A stretch of DNA of 64,000 nt from Bacteroidia bacterium (GTDB taxonomy: Bacteria > Bacteroidota > Bacteroidia > B-17B0 > Aurantibacillaceae). The notes under the pieces were generated by a model, which was not told the DNA's origin, searched no databases, and worked only from the letters and a program-made list of their open reading frames with translations. The stretch is from contig JBGATG010000007.1 of assembly GCA_044229315.1 (NCBI GenBank), positions 4,903 through 68,902 of the forward strand, written 5' to 3'. The first letter of the stretch is position 1; every line of letters starts with the position of its first letter. Below, in pieces: positions 37,439 to 49,011 of the stretch. Made by a program: the position numbers and the translations under genes.

Positions 37439-39985
37439 TTAAGATTTATCCTCTTTCTTACTTTTCTTGCTGGCCTTAGGTTTTATCGTATTTACAACGA
37501 TCTCACCTTTTTCCTTATTGTAGTCAACTTCTATCTCGTCGCCTTCAGTGAGGTTGTTCTTGATCATTTCCTCAGCCATTGGATCTTCAAGATATTTTTG
37601 GATAGCGCGTTTTAATGGACGTGCACCATAATTCTCATCATATCCTTTTTCTACAATGAAGTCTTTAGCGGCATCGGTGATCTTGATCGCGAATCCTAAT
37701 TTTTGGATACGACTGAACAAGCTGCCCAATTCGATGTCGATGATCTTGTGGATATTGTCTTTTGATAAAGAGTTGAACATGATCACATCGTCAATACGAT
37801 TCAAGAACTCTGGAGCAAATGCTTTCTTCAAAGCATTCTCAATTACTCCTTTTGAGTGATCTTCGGCACCTTCTACTTTGGTAGAAGTTCCAAAACCAAC
37901 ACCTTGTCCAAAATCTTTTAACTGACGCGCACCAATATTAGAGGTCATAATAATGATCGTATTCTTGAAATCGATCTTACGACCTAAGCTATCAGTTAAC
38001 TGACCATCATCTAATACTTGTAACAACATATTAAATACGTCAGGATGCGCTTTTTCGATCTCATCTAAAAGAACAACCGCGTAAGGACGACGACGAACTT
38101 TTTCAGTTAATTGTCCACCTTCTTCGTATCCAACATATCCCGGAGGCGCTCCGATCAAACGAGTGATCGCGAATTTCTCCATGTATTCACTCATATCAAT
38201 GCGGATCAAAGCATCGTCGTTATCAAACAAATGACGGGCAAGGATCTTCGCTAATTGCGTTTTACCAACACCGGTAGGACCAAGGAATATAAATGAACCA
38301 ATTGGTTTATTAGGGTCTTTTAAACCGGCACGGTTACGTTGGATGGCTTTCACCACTTTTGCAACGGCAGGATCCTGACCAATAACTTTTCCTTTAAGCA
38401 ATTCGCCCATTTTCACAAGCTTATCGCTTTCATTTTGATTCACACGTTGAACAGGAACTCCACTCATCATACTTACAACTTCCGCAACATTTTCTTCGGT
38501 AACAGTAACACGATTTGCTTTTGTTTGTTCTTCCCATGCTTTTTTAGCAGTCTCTAATTCCGACTGCAAAGTTTTTTCGGTATCGCGTAAACGAGCAGCC
38601 TCTTCATATTTTTGACTGCGAACAACCTGATTCTTCAATTCTTTGATGTCTTCAATTTTCTTTTCGATATCAAGGATATTTTGAGGAACGTGAATGTTTG
38701 TAATGTGTACGCGACTTCCTGCCTCATCTAAAGCGTCAATAGCTTTATCCGGTAAGTGACGATCAGTAATGTAACGCGCTGTTAAGGTTACGCAAGCTTT
38801 TAAAGCTTCAGGCGTATAGGTTACATTATGATGATCTTCGTATTTTCCTTTAATATTATTCAAGATCTGCAATGATTCATCTTCGGTTGCAGGTTCTATT
38901 ATTACTTTTTGGAAACGACGCTCTAAAGCTCCGTCTTTTTCAATATACTGACGGTACTCATCCAAGGTAGTTGCACCAATACATTGTATCTCACCACGCG
39001 CTAAAGCCGGTTTGAACATATTGCTGGCATCCAAACTTCCACTAGCGCCACCGGCACCAATGATCGTGTGGATCTCGTCAATAAATAAAATAACATCGGG
39101 ACTCTTTTCCAATTCATTCATTACCGCTTTCATGCGTTCCTCAAACTGTCCACGGTATTTTGTTCCTGCTACTAAACTTGCAAGGTCCAACGTAACAACG
39201 CGTTTGTTGTAAAGAACACGGCTAACTTTTCTTTCTACAATACGTAAAGCTAAACCTTCGGCAATACTTGACTTACCTACACCAGGCTCACCAATTAAAA
39301 TTGGATTGTTCTTTTTACGGCGAGATAAGATCTGTGATACACGCTCAATTTCTTTTTCGCGTCCCACAACAGGATCCAATTTTCCATCTTCAGCCATTTT
39401 GGTAAGGTCGCGACCGAAATTATCTAATACCGGCGTTTTGCTCTTGTTCTCACCTTGTTTTTTCTGAGGAGAACTTGTTCCACCAAATGATGCTTCATCA
39501 TCCGCGTCGTCGTCATTTCCTGTAGCTGAATTCTCAATTTTATCAGGATTATCTACAAATCCTTCCAATTCTGCACGCACGGCATCGTAATCAACGCCAA
39601 AGCGCAATAAACTTTTTGTAACGATATTATCTGGGTCTTTTAAAACGCAAAGCAATAAATGTTCAGTTCCAATTTGAACTGATTTAAATGTCTTTGCTTC
39701 GAGGTAAGTTAATTTCAAAGTTTTTTCCGCTTGTTTTACCAAGGGAATATTGGCAAGATTATTGGATTTTTTCAATCCAGGGGTCAATCCTTGCTCTATC
39801 ATTTTACGTAGCTCTGCCGAATCCACACCAAGGTTCTTTAAGAGGCGCATTCCAACACCTTCACCATCTCGGATCATTCCAAGCATGAGGTGTTCTATGC
39901 CAATGTAGTCATGTCCTAAGCGCATGGCTTCTTCACGACTGTAAGTAATTACGTCCTTTACTCTGGGCGAGAATTTTGCTTCCAT
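37439..39985 (-). CDS. clpC: ATP-dependent Clp protease ATP-binding subunit (ClpC type)
   Basis: Clp_N domain, GEPGVGKS, short UVR coil ([11 protein letters not shown]), [15 protein letters not shown]. Confidence 0.93.
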   Translation of the reverse strand: MEAKFSPRVKDVITYSREEAMRLGHDYIGIEHLMLGMIRDGEGVGMRLLKNLGVDSAELRKMIEQGLTPGLKKSNNLANIPLVKQAEKTLKLTYLEAKTFKSVQIGTEHLLLCVLKDPDNIVTKSLLRFGVDYDAVRAELEGFVDNPDKIENSATGNDDDADDEASFGGTSSPQKKQGENKSKTPVLDNFGRDLTKMAEDGKLDPVVGREKEIERVSQILSRRKKNNPILIGEPGVGKSSIAEGLALRIVERKVSRVLYNKRVVTLDLASLVAGTKYRGQFEERMKAVMNELEKSPDVILFIDEIHTIIGAGGASGSLDASNMFKPALARGEIQCIGATTLDEYRQYIEKDGALERRFQKVIIEPATEDESLQILNNIKGKYEDHHNVTYTPEALKACVTLTARYITDRHLPDKAIDALDEAGSRVHITNIHVPQNILDIEKKIEDIKELKNQVVRSQKYEEAARLRDTEKTLQSELETAKKAWEEQTKANRVTVTEENVAEVVSMMSGVPVQRVNQNESDKLVKMGELLKGKVIGQDPAVAKVVKAIQRNRAGLKDPNKPIGSFIFLGPTGVGKTQLAKILARHLFDNDDALIRIDMSEYMEKFAITRLIGAPPGYVGYEEGGQLTEKVRRRPYAVVLLDEIEKAHPDVFNMLLQVLDDGQLTDSLGRKIDFKNTIIIMTSNIGARQLKDFGQGVGFGTSTKVEGAEDHSKGVIENALKKAFAPEFLNRIDDVIMFNSLSKDNIHKIIDIELGSLFSRIQKLGFAIKITDAAKDFIVEKGYDENYGARPLKRAIQKYLEDPMAEEMIKNNLTEGDEIEVDYNKEKGEIVVNTIKPKASKKSKKEDKS

Positions 39986-40255
39986 ATCTGTACTGTTTCT
40001 AAATGGTTAAATTACACATACTGTGCCACAATCAAAAATATTATTTATAAACCGCCATTCCCAGTGTAACATTGGTAATTTTTAACAAAAAATTTGTTGA
40101 AAAGTTTTGATTCAATCTGCTGATTTTTCGGTACTTTCAGTCTCTGTTGCTTTTGTAAGGTTATACGAGGGAAATGAGCCATAGGTTTGTTTTTTTCACG
40201 TCAAAAAGCATAACAGTAAAAGACAAAAAGACAGATAAAATTATAACGAAGAACT

Positions 40256-42802
40256 ATGAATGAAGGAGAAAAAATAATTCCGATCAACATTGAGGATGAA
40301 ATGAAAACGGCTTATATCGATTATTCGATGTCGGTTATCGTATCCAGAGCATTGCCCGACGTTAGAGATGGTTTGAAACCTGTACACCGCCGTGTGCTTT
40401 ACGGGATGTTAGATCTAGGGGTATTGCACAATAGGCCTTACAAGAAATCAGCGCGTATTGTTGGGGAAGTATTAGGAAAGTATCACCCGCACGGAGATTC
40501 ATCCGTATACGACACTATGGTGCGTATGGCGCAGGATTGGAGTTTAAGGTATATGTTGGTAGACGGGCAGGGTAATTATGGTAGTATGGACGGAGATCCG
40601 CCTGCTGCGATGCGTTATACAGAGGCGCGTTTGCGTAAGATCACAGAGGAGATGTTAGCTGACATTGAAAAGGACACTGTAGATTTTCGTCCAAATTTTG
40701 ATGACTCTTTGACAGAGCCAACTGTACTTCCGTCACGTATTCCGAATTTGATCATTAATGGATCTTCCGGAATTGCGGTAGGTATGGCCACAAATATGGC
40801 ACCGCACAATTTACGCGAAACGGTGGATGCAACTATAGCTTACATTGATAACCGCGAAATTGATATCGCAGGATTAATGAAATTGATCAAAGCTCCCGAT
40901 TTCCCAACCGGAGGAATTATTTACGGTTATGAAGGAGTTCGCGAAGCATTTGAAACAGGACGTGGTCGCGTAGTGATGCGCGCAAAAGCGGTGATCGAAC
41001 AAGTGGGTGATCGCGAAAGAATTGTTGTAACAGAAGTTCCGTATCAGATCAACAAAGCGGAGATGATCAAGCGTCAATGGGAACTTTGCAACGAGAAAAA
41101 AATTGAAGGTATCTCCGAAATTCGCGACGAAAGTAATCGTGAAGGAATTCGTGTAGTTTACGAATTGAGAAGAGATGCGATCAGTAATGTTGTGTTGAAC
41201 AATCTTTACAAATTCACTTCATTGCAAACATCGTTCTCTATCAATAACGTTGTTCTTGTAAACGGACGTCCGGAGATATTGAACATCAAACAACAGATCC
41301 ATTATTTTGTTGAACATAGACACGAAGTAATTGTTCGTCGTACCAAATTTGAATTAGCGCAAGCAGAAAAGCGCGCGCATATCTTAGAAGGATTATTGAT
41401 CGCGATCGATAATCTTGACGCGGTGATCAAGATCATTCGTGAAAGCGAAACTCCTGATACGGCTCGCGAAGAGTTGATGAGCAAATTCCAGTTATCGGAT
41501 ATTCAGTCGCGCGCGATCTTAGACATGCGTTTAAGAGCGTTAACCGGACTTGAACGTGATAAATTAAAAGCGGAATACGATGAGTTAATGAATACCATTG
41601 CTCATTTGAAAGATATATTAAGTAATGAAGTTTTACGTTATAAGATCATTAAAGATGAATTGATCGAGATTCGGGAAAAATATGGCGATGAGCGCAGAAG
41701 CGAGATCGTTTATGTTGGAGATGACTTTAAAATGGAAGATATGATCGCTGATGAGAATGTAGTGATCACTATTTCTCACATGGGATATATTAAACGTACA
41801 GCACTAGATGAATACCGTGCGCAAGGGCGTGGTGGAAAAGGAAGTAAAGGATCATCAACTCGTGATGAAGACTTTATAGAGCACATGTTCATTGCATCTA
41901 CGCACAACTATTTATTATTGTTCACCGAAAAAGGACAATGTTATTGGTTACGTGCTTACGAAGTTCCTGAAGGAAACAAAACCAGCAAAGGAAGAGCCAT
42001 TCAGAATTTATTGAGTATTTCACCTGACGATAAAGTAAAAGCGTTCATTAACGTGAAAAATTTATCGGAAGAAGAGTACATCAATAATAACTTCATTGTG
42101 TTGTGTACTAAAAATGGTATCATTAAGAAGACCACGTTGGAAGCGTATTCTCGTCCAAGAGCAAACGGTATCAACGCCGTAACAATTCGCGAAGGCGATG
42201 TGTTGTTAGAAGCAGTTCTAACCAATGGTAAGAACGAGATCATGATTGCTACCAAAATGGGTAAGGTGTGTCGTTTCAATGAAGAAAAAGTTCGTCCGAT
42301 GGGAAGAAATGCTTCAGGTGTGATCGGCGTTGATCTTGCAGACGAAGAGGGTGGAAACAATGAAGTGATCGGAATGATCTGTATTGATAATCCAACCATG
42401 AACGTATTGGTTGTATCTGAGAAAGGATATGGCAAACGTAGTGATGTGGACGAATACCGTATCACCAATCGCGGTGGAAAAGGAGTGAAGACCATCAATA
42501 TCACTGATAAAACAGGCCACTTAGTTGCTATCAAATCTGTAACGGATGATAATGATCTTATGATCATGACCAAAGGCGGAATTACTATTCGTATCAAAGT
42601 TGCTGATCTTCGCGTTATGGGAAGAGCTACGCAAGGTGTGCGTTTGATCAATGTAGCGGATACTGATGCAATTGCGGCAGTAACCAAAGTAGATCACGAT
42701 GACGCGGAGGAAAGCGTTGCGCCGAGTGAACAAGCTGAAGGCGGATCAACTGACGCTTCTGAAGGTGATACAACCACGAATACCGACGAAACAAAAGAGT
42801 AA
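40256..42802 (+). CDS. gyrA: DNA gyrase subunit A
   Basis: [23 protein letters not shown], GyrA-box-like QGRGGKG, beta-pinwheel repeats. Confidence 0.97.
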   Translation: MNEGEKIIPINIEDEMKTAYIDYSMSVIVSRALPDVRDGLKPVHRRVLYGMLDLGVLHNRPYKKSARIVGEVLGKYHPHGDSSVYDTMVRMAQDWSLRYMLVDGQGNYGSMDGDPPAAMRYTEARLRKITEEMLADIEKDTVDFRPNFDDSLTEPTVLPSRIPNLIINGSSGIAVGMATNMAPHNLRETVDATIAYIDNREIDIAGLMKLIKAPDFPTGGIIYGYEGVREAFETGRGRVVMRAKAVIEQVGDRERIVVTEVPYQINKAEMIKRQWELCNEKKIEGISEIRDESNREGIRVVYELRRDAISNVVLNNLYKFTSLQTSFSINNVVLVNGRPEILNIKQQIHYFVEHRHEVIVRRTKFELAQAEKRAHILEGLLIAIDNLDAVIKIIRESETPDTAREELMSKFQLSDIQSRAILDMRLRALTGLERDKLKAEYDELMNTIAHLKDILSNEVLRYKIIKDELIEIREKYGDERRSEIVYVGDDFKMEDMIADENVVITISHMGYIKRTALDEYRAQGRGGKGSKGSSTRDEDFIEHMFIASTHNYLLLFTEKGQCYWLRAYEVPEGNKTSKGRAIQNLLSISPDDKVKAFINVKNLSEEEYINNNFIVLCTKNGIIKKTTLEAYSRPRANGINAVTIREGDVLLEAVLTNGKNEIMIATKMGKVCRFNEEKVRPMGRNASGVIGVDLADEEGGNNEVIGMICIDNPTMNVLVVSEKGYGKRSDVDEYRITNRGGKGVKTINITDKTGHLVAIKSVTDDNDLMIMTKGGITIRIKVADLRVMGRATQGVRLINVADTDAIAAVTKVDHDDAEESVAPSEQAEGGSTDASEGDTTTNTDETKE

Positions 42803-42875
42803 AAATTGTTAAATAAAAGTATATGGCATGCAATTTGAAAAAATGCGTGTCATATACTCAACTAAAAGAACCCCT

Positions 42876-44228
42876 ATGAGATCACTAAGAATTATTGCAC
42901 TTGCAGCATTGCCTTTGTTCGGTATGTCGCAAAAAATGAAAGTTCAAACTGCCTGGAGAGCATTGAACGATTATGAATCAACTTTAAAAGACGGAAAACC
43001 GGATATCGCGTATTTGAATAAAGCGAAAGAAGCTATTGATATGGCTTTAACTAACGAGGATACAAAAAAACAAGGGAAAACCTGGGCTTACAAGGCGCGT
43101 ATCCATTACAACTATTATAACGCAGCGTTCATGGCGGAAGCTAAAAAACTGGAACCTACTGTAGCCGACAAAAAGGAACGTAATGATCTTGCATATGGTA
43201 ACACGCCAACAACAGAGTTTGAATTAGCAAACGAAGCTGTTGACAAGATCAAGGATGTGGATCCAAAATATATGGAAACGATCCAGGATGGTTTTACTAA
43301 AGGAACTTCTGAGTTAAGTGAGGATGATATAAAATTCACTTTGGTTGCAACGCAAATGAAAATGGAAGCGGGGAATATCGCTGCCGGAAAATACAAAGCA
43401 AAAAAATATGATGAGGCCGCGGATTATTTTTACAAGAACGCGTATTTGAATATGGCCATGACACGTAAAAAGGATACAGCTAATTTTTATAACGCCTGCG
43501 TTGCAGCGGGAAAATCAAAAATACCTGCAAAGATCCTTGAATACAATAAGAAAATGATAGATCTTAAGATATCTACACCGTACAACTTCCAATCGATGTA
43601 CAATGCTAATCTCTCAAAAGGAGATACAACTGCCGCAATGGAAATATTGAAGAAGGGACGTAGCACTTTCCCTCAGGATATGGATCTGTTGAATACAGAA
43701 ACAAACATCTTTCTTGCAAAAGGAAAACAACAGGAAGCTATCGGGAACTTGAGCGCATCAATTGACAAAGACCCAACGAATGCATTATTTTATTTGGTTC
43801 GTGGTAACATCTTTGATAACATGGCAAATCCAAAAGATCCTGCTACCGGAAAAGACAAAGACAAACCCGCTAATTTTGACGAACTATTTGTCAAAGCAGA
43901 AACCGATTACAAGAAAGTAATTGAACTGAATCCTGCTAATAAAGAGCATTTATATAACTCTTTATATAACCTTGGAGCTATGTACAATAATCTTGGTGGC
44001 TATTACCAGACAAAAGCAAGTAGCTTACCTTTAACTGAAGCGAAAACAAAAGGCAAAGAACTGGAAACAAAATCGCAGGACAATTACAAGAAAGCGATCC
44101 CGCATTTGGAACAAGCTTTAACCATTAAACCGGAAGATAAGGCAACCATGAGTGCTTTACGTAAGCTTTATATGCTTACCGGCGACCAGGCAAAAGCTAC
44201 AGAAATGAATAACAGAATGAAGAAGTAA
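42876..44228 (+). CDS. Tetratricopeptide-repeat protein
   Basis: Signal peptide at M17 (42876) and multiple TPR helices; follows gyrA as often seen in Bacteroidota. Confidence 0.82.
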   Translation: MRSLRIIALAALPLFGMSQKMKVQTAWRALNDYESTLKDGKPDIAYLNKAKEAIDMALTNEDTKKQGKTWAYKARIHYNYYNAAFMAEAKKLEPTVADKKERNDLAYGNTPTTEFELANEAVDKIKDVDPKYMETIQDGFTKGTSELSEDDIKFTLVATQMKMEAGNIAAGKYKAKKYDEAADYFYKNAYLNMAMTRKKDTANFYNACVAAGKSKIPAKILEYNKKMIDLKISTPYNFQSMYNANLSKGDTTAAMEILKKGRSTFPQDMDLLNTETNIFLAKGKQQEAIGNLSASIDKDPTNALFYLVRGNIFDNMANPKDPATGKDKDKPANFDELFVKAETDYKKVIELNPANKEHLYNSLYNLGAMYNNLGGYYQTKASSLPLTEAKTKGKELETKSQDNYKKAIPHLEQALTIKPEDKATMSALRKLYMLTGDQAKATEMNNRMKK

Positions 44229-44249
44229 TTTCTGATCGAAATAGTATCT

Positions 44250-44280
44250 AAGCCCTCTCTTTTAGAGGGCTTTTTTATTT
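44250..44280 (+). terminator. Intrinsic terminator
   Basis: AAGCCCTCT-CTTTT-AGAGGGCTT followed by TTTT. Confidence 0.8.
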
Positions 44281-44290
44281 CTCATAGGTT

Positions 44291-44412
44291 CAACATGACC
44301 ACCCCTAAAGGGGTTCGACAATTTTTTTAGTTTGGTTCTTATCAACATGTTGTCCCTACGGGACAATTGAATTCAAACTATTTTTATGTCCCGTAGGGAC
44401 ATAATATTGGTA
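44291..44412. repeat. Second REP-like family: inverted pair plus a variant
   Basis: TATCAACATGTTGTCCCTACGGGACA (44340-44365) and inverted TGTCCCGTAGGGACATAATATTGGTA (44387-44412) match 22/26; variant CAACATGACCACCCCTAAAGGGGT at 44291. Confidence 0.75.
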
Positions 44413-44446
44413 TATTCCGTAAATTAGTGGTCCAAAATTTTAGAAG

Positions 44447-46141
44447 ATGTCAGCAACACCAGAAGGAAGACAGATCATTTTTAGCATGGTGAATGTATCT
44501 AAGATACATCCTCCACAAAAGCAGGTTTTAAAAGATATTTACCTCTCATTTTATTACGGCGCCAAAATTGGCGTACTCGGTTTAAATGGATCGGGTAAAT
44601 CATCACTCTTAAGAATTATCGCGGGAGTTGATAAAGATTATATTGGCGAAGTGCATTTTTCTCCGGGATATTCTATTGGAATGTTGGAGCAAGAACCTCA
44701 AATGGACGAGAACAAGACTGTGATTGAGGTGGTGCGTGAAGGGGTGAAGCAATTCACAGATATTTTAAATGAGTTTGAAGAAGTAAATAATAAATTTGGT
44801 GACGAAGAGATCTTGAATGATCCTGATAAAATGGATAAATTAATTTCTCGTCAGGCACAATTACAAGAATTAATTGATCAACATGATCTTTGGAATTTAG
44901 ATAGTCGCCTGGAAAGAGCAATGGATGCATTGCGTTGCCCTGAAAGTAATGCTTCCGTAAAAGTATTATCAGGTGGTGAAAGACGTCGTGTAGCTTTATG
45001 CCGTTTGTTATTGCAAGAACCGGATGTATTATTATTAGATGAGCCAACCAACCACTTGGATGCGGAGAGCGTTGATTGGTTAGAACAACATTTGAAACAA
45101 TATAAAGGAACTATTATCGCCGTAACCCACGATCGCTATTTCTTAGATAACGTTGCCGGATGGATCTTAGAATTGGATAGAGGTGAAGGTATTCCTTGGA
45201 AAGGGAATTATTCTTCATGGCTGGAGCAAAAAGGTGCGCGTTTGAAACAAGAAGAGAAAACAGAAAGTAAACGTCAGAAAACTTTAGCGCGAGAGTTAGA
45301 GTGGGTGAGGAAAGGTCCGAAAGGCCGTAACGTGAAACAAAAGGCACGTATGGCAAATTACGAGAAGATGTTGCAGGAAGATGTGAAATCTAAGGAAGAG
45401 AACTTAGAGATCTTCATTCCAAATGGTCCGCGTTTGGGTAATGATGTTATTGAAGCGATCGATGTTTCGAAAGCGTACGGAGAAAGATTATTGTACGAAC
45501 ATTTAAATTTCAAGTTGCCTCCTGCAGGAATTGTTGGGATCATCGGTCCTAACGGTGCGGGTAAAACGACCTTATTCAAAATGATATTGAATCAAGAAAA
45601 ACCAACAAGTGGTGAATTTAAAGTTGGGCCAACGGTGAAGATCAGCTACGTTGATCAAACACACAAGGATATTGATCCAAATAAAACAGTTTACGATGTG
45701 ATCAGTGGAGGTTTGGATAATTTATTGGTGGAAGGACGTTCGTTGAATTCACGCGCATACATTTCGCGTTTCAATTTCAATGGAAGTGATCAGGGAAAAA
45801 AATGTTCTGTATTATCAGGTGGAGAGAGGAATCGTTTGCACTTAGCGTTGGCATTAAAAGAAGGCGGTAACGTGTTGTTGTTAGATGAGCCTACCAACGA
45901 TTTGGATGTAAACACACTTCGTGCCCTGGAAGAAGGTTTGGAAAGTTTTGCGGGTTGTGCCGTAATCATTTCCCACGACCGTTGGTTTCTCGACCGTGTG
46001 TGTACGCACATTCTGGCATTTGAAGGAGATAGTTCGGTGTATTGGTTCGAAGGCGGATACAGCGAATACGAAGAGAATCGCAAAAAACGTTTGGGTAATG
46101 TTGAACCAAAACGTCCGCGTTATAAAAAATTGGCTGTTTAG
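44447..46141 (+). CDS. ettA: Energy-dependent translational throttle protein (ABC-F)
   Basis: SFYYGAKIGVLGLNGSGKS, two ABC domains, GEGIPWKGNYSSWL. Confidence 0.94.
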   Translation: MSATPEGRQIIFSMVNVSKIHPPQKQVLKDIYLSFYYGAKIGVLGLNGSGKSSLLRIIAGVDKDYIGEVHFSPGYSIGMLEQEPQMDENKTVIEVVREGVKQFTDILNEFEEVNNKFGDEEILNDPDKMDKLISRQAQLQELIDQHDLWNLDSRLERAMDALRCPESNASVKVLSGGERRRVALCRLLLQEPDVLLLDEPTNHLDAESVDWLEQHLKQYKGTIIAVTHDRYFLDNVAGWILELDRGEGIPWKGNYSSWLEQKGARLKQEEKTESKRQKTLARELEWVRKGPKGRNVKQKARMANYEKMLQEDVKSKEENLEIFIPNGPRLGNDVIEAIDVSKAYGERLLYEHLNFKLPPAGIVGIIGPNGAGKTTLFKMILNQEKPTSGEFKVGPTVKISYVDQTHKDIDPNKTVYDVISGGLDNLLVEGRSLNSRAYISRFNFNGSDQGKKCSVLSGGERNRLHLALALKEGGNVLLLDEPTNDLDVNTLRALEEGLESFAGCAVIISHDRWFLDRVCTHILAFEGDSSVYWFEGGYSEYEENRKKRLGNVEPKRPRYKKLAV

Positions 46142-46148
46142 TCAAAGT

Positions 46149-46175
46149 AAAGGCACTCGAAAGAGTGCCTTTTTT
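46149..46175 (+). terminator. Intrinsic terminator
   Basis: AAAGGCACTC-GAAA-GAGTGCCTTT followed by TTT. Confidence 0.85.
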
Positions 46176-46196
46176 GTTACTTTTACTTATAGAGAT

Positions 46197-47015
46197 ATGA
46201 GACAGCTGTTTTTTATTCTTGCCTTGATTTGTTTTACCTCGTGTAATTCTCAAACAAGTCAATTAAGTATTCCGAGCGGAACAACTATTTCTTCGCGCTT
46301 TAATACGCCCGATGGTTTTATTCGTATGCCCGAAAATGGATATTCCTTTTCCACCTTTTTAGGAAAATTTCCTTTAAAAAAAGCGGGAACAAAAGTTTTG
46401 TTGTACAATGGAAACGAAAAAAACAGACAAGATGTTCACGAAGCAATTTTGGATATTGACGTTGGAACAAAGGATCTTCAGCAATGTGCCGATGCCGTGA
46501 TGCGTTTGCGTGCGGAATATCTCTATAAAACAAAACAGTACGATAAATTGCATTTTAATTTTACCAATGGATTTAACGCCGAGTTCAGCAAATGGGTAAA
46601 AGGATATCGCGTCAAAATAAAAGGGAATAGTACAACCTGGTATTTGGGCGCCAAACCTTCCGATGATGAAAAAGCATTTAAATCCTATTTGGAAATTGTT
46701 TTTTCTTATGCGGGAACGCTATCTCTTTCAAAAGAATTAAAAAAGAAATCAATTAAAGATATTGCAGCCGGCGATGTGTTTTTGGTTGGCGGATCTCCCG
46801 GTCACGCTGTAATTGTAGTAGATGTTGCGATGAATGTTGCGGGAACCGAACGCATATTCTGCGTGGCACAAAGTTATATGCCCGCACAAAATATTCATGT
46901 GCTTAAAAATCCAAACAACGCAAAGAATTCTCCTTGGTACAATTTAAAAGAAGGCGAAACGTTAGAAACTCCCGAATGGGATTTTCCACCAAACTCGCTT
47001 TACACATTCGATTGA
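46197..47015 (+). CDS. DUF4846-like lipoprotein
   Basis: Lipobox FTSC from ATG 46197; DLQQCADAVMRLRAEY, FSYAGTLSL, GGSPGHA, QSYMPAQ. Confidence 0.78.
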   Translation: MRQLFFILALICFTSCNSQTSQLSIPSGTTISSRFNTPDGFIRMPENGYSFSTFLGKFPLKKAGTKVLLYNGNEKNRQDVHEAILDIDVGTKDLQQCADAVMRLRAEYLYKTKQYDKLHFNFTNGFNAEFSKWVKGYRVKIKGNSTTWYLGAKPSDDEKAFKSYLEIVFSYAGTLSLSKELKKKSIKDIAAGDVFLVGGSPGHAVIVVDVAMNVAGTERIFCVAQSYMPAQNIHVLKNPNNAKNSPWYNLKEGETLETPEWDFPPNSLYTFD

Positions 47016-47824
47016 GGACGTTGAAGAAATGACGAATAATTTCCAAGATCGAAACTTGGTTCGGTTTTAAAGATCCCAAATACCGCGCTTCCGCTTCCAC
47101 TCATGCTCGCGTAAATAGCACCGTTTAAATACATTTTATCCTTCAACGCTTTTACTTGCGGTAAATTTTTAAATACTGTAGTCTCAAAATCATTTACCAA
47201 AACATCTTTCCATTTTTCGATGGCCACCGTTTCAATAATGGTTTTAATGTTTTGCTGAGGTATTTTTGGAATCACACCTTGATACGCAAGCCTGGTATCA
47301 CTGTGAACATTGGGGTGAACGATCAAAATAAAATAATTCGAAAGATCTATCTTCACCGGTTCAAACACATCTCCTTTTTCTCTGGCAAATACAGGTTGGT
47401 TCTTCACAAAGAACGCGCAATCGCTTCCAAGTACTTTCGCGTAATCGATCTTTTTAGCTTGAGGAATTTTCAGATTAAATTTTTTATCCATCAGCTCCAT
47501 AAAACTCACGGCGTTCGCACTTCCGCCGCCCAGCCCGGCTCCCATAGGTATGTTTTTATGCAAGTGTACTTTTACCGGCGGTACCGAACGATCTTTAGCG
47601 AGAAAACTGTAAGCCTTTGCTATGATATTGTCGGCCGAAGGACCTGAAATCGCAAGACCTGAAAAATCGAATCTAACACCGTGATTATCAATTGATTCTA
47701 ATACCTCAATGGCATCATTCCACTGAATGGGGTAAAAAACGGTTTCTATGTTGTGAAAACCGTCACTTCTTTTCTCTATGATATTGAGCCCTAGATTGAT
47801 CTTAGACCCACTGAATACTAGCAT
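47000..47824 (-). CDS. ispE: 4-diphosphocytidyl-2-C-methyl-D-erythritol kinase
   Basis: KINLGL, IPMGAGLGGGS, MSGSGSAVF. Confidence 0.94.
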   Translation of the reverse strand: MLVFSGSKINLGLNIIEKRSDGFHNIETVFYPIQWNDAIEVLESIDNHGVRFDFSGLAISGPSADNIIAKAYSFLAKDRSVPPVKVHLHKNIPMGAGLGGGSANAVSFMELMDKKFNLKIPQAKKIDYAKVLGSDCAFFVKNQPVFAREKGDVFEPVKIDLSNYFILIVHPNVHSDTRLAYQGVIPKIPQQNIKTIIETVAIEKWKDVLVNDFETTVFKNLPQVKALKDKMYLNGAIYASMSGSGSAVFGIFKTEPSFDLGNYSSFLQRPQSNV

Positions 47825-47889
47825 TTTAACGTTTTTTTGTAGAATCCCGAATTTTTTCTAAATTGCATCAATATTAATCTAAAAGATCT

Positions 47890-48948
47890 ATGAAAATGAA
47901 AAAATTTGCTACAAAATTTTCAGCAGTAGCTTTGGTCGCTTTAGCGTTGACTTCGTGTAAGAAAACAGCGAACACTCCGCCAGAGCAAGACAAGGAATTT
48001 CAAAGTTCCATTGACGCGTCTGCTGCAACATCTATTGCTTTTGATATAGATATGATGGTAGCACAATCAAGTGAATATGCAAACATGCAATTTTACGAAG
48101 AGTCGAGTTCAACCACTAACAATACAGTTACTGTGAACGATCTTCCTGCTTCTAAAATGCGTTATATTTATTTCAACAAGGCTCGTTGTTTAGATGGCGT
48201 TGTTAGAAATGGTACAATTGTGATCAATTACCAAGAATGTTCAACCGGTACACTTACGGCACCTGGTCAAGAGTTCATCCGTAATCCGACCCACAAGTCA
48301 GTTGTAACTTTCATCAATTTCTCTGTAGGGAAATACGTAGTGAAATCATCCGCTGCGCCTAACGATTCAAGTATCATCACTATCAAGAATACAACACCTG
48401 CTGGTTATACACGTTCAGTTACTCCATTAAGCTGGAGCATTGCAGGACATTTATATCTTGCTGATACAACTGATGCTGCTGGAAGTAAATCTGCGGACAT
48501 TCACTGGGATGGTCAATTCACAAAAACTTTAACCAACTCTACAAGTTCAACCATCCATCCATCGGCTACATTGCCTATCAAATGGATCACTGGTGTTGCC
48601 GGAATCCCAACGTCTTCAACTCAAGTTTCTTCAAACAAAGCACTTAATCCAAACGGTATCAACGGTATCATTAAATACACAGGTAGCGCAAAAGGTTTTG
48701 TTCCTGCCGGAGATTTCAAGTATGATGTTGTTTCTACAAACCCATTGTATCGTGATTTTGGTTGTTCTCCTGACTTCTATATCAGTCCTGAGCAACATCC
48801 TATCAACAGAGGAAAAGCAAGCTTTAAGATCGGTGATAAATCAACACGCATGATCTATTATGGCGATCAACAAGATAATCCTTATTGCGATAACAGCGGT
48901 ATTGTGTATATCAATAGTATCAGCTATAACATCGATTTCTGGAAATAA
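47890..48948 (+). CDS. Hypothetical lipoprotein
   Basis: Lipobox LTSC-KK; long ORF with host-like codon use, followed by a terminator. Confidence 0.75.
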   Translation: MKMKKFATKFSAVALVALALTSCKKTANTPPEQDKEFQSSIDASAATSIAFDIDMMVAQSSEYANMQFYEESSSTTNNTVTVNDLPASKMRYIYFNKARCLDGVVRNGTIVINYQECSTGTLTAPGQEFIRNPTHKSVVTFINFSVGKYVVKSSAAPNDSSIITIKNTTPAGYTRSVTPLSWSIAGHLYLADTTDAAGSKSADIHWDGQFTKTLTNSTSSTIHPSATLPIKWITGVAGIPTSSTQVSSNKALNPNGINGIIKYTGSAKGFVPAGDFKYDVVSTNPLYRDFGCSPDFYISPEQHPINRGKASFKIGDKSTRMIYYGDQQDNPYCDNSGIVYINSISYNIDFWK

Positions 48949-48965
48949 GATATTTTCAAAAAACG

Positions 48966-48997
48966 AAAAAACCCTTCCAATTCGGAAGGGTTTTTTT
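48966..48997. terminator. Bidirectional terminator
   Basis: AAAAAACCCTTCC-AATTC-GGAAGGGTTTTTTT. Confidence 0.85.
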
Positions 48998-49011
48998 ATT
49001 TGGTGTAATTT

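Noticed and set aside
39986-40255. Replication origin between clpC and gyrA
   Set aside because: AT-rich with a few TTAACA/TGTTGA words but no convincing DnaA-box cluster; explained as a divergent promoter region.
42001-42687. 228-aa antisense ORF inside gyrA, and similar shadow ORFs over purA, lpdA, clpC, dnaB, obgE, adk, ettA and the macroglobulin gene
   Set aside because: They are antisense or alternate-frame shadows of well-supported genes, expected from codon bias.
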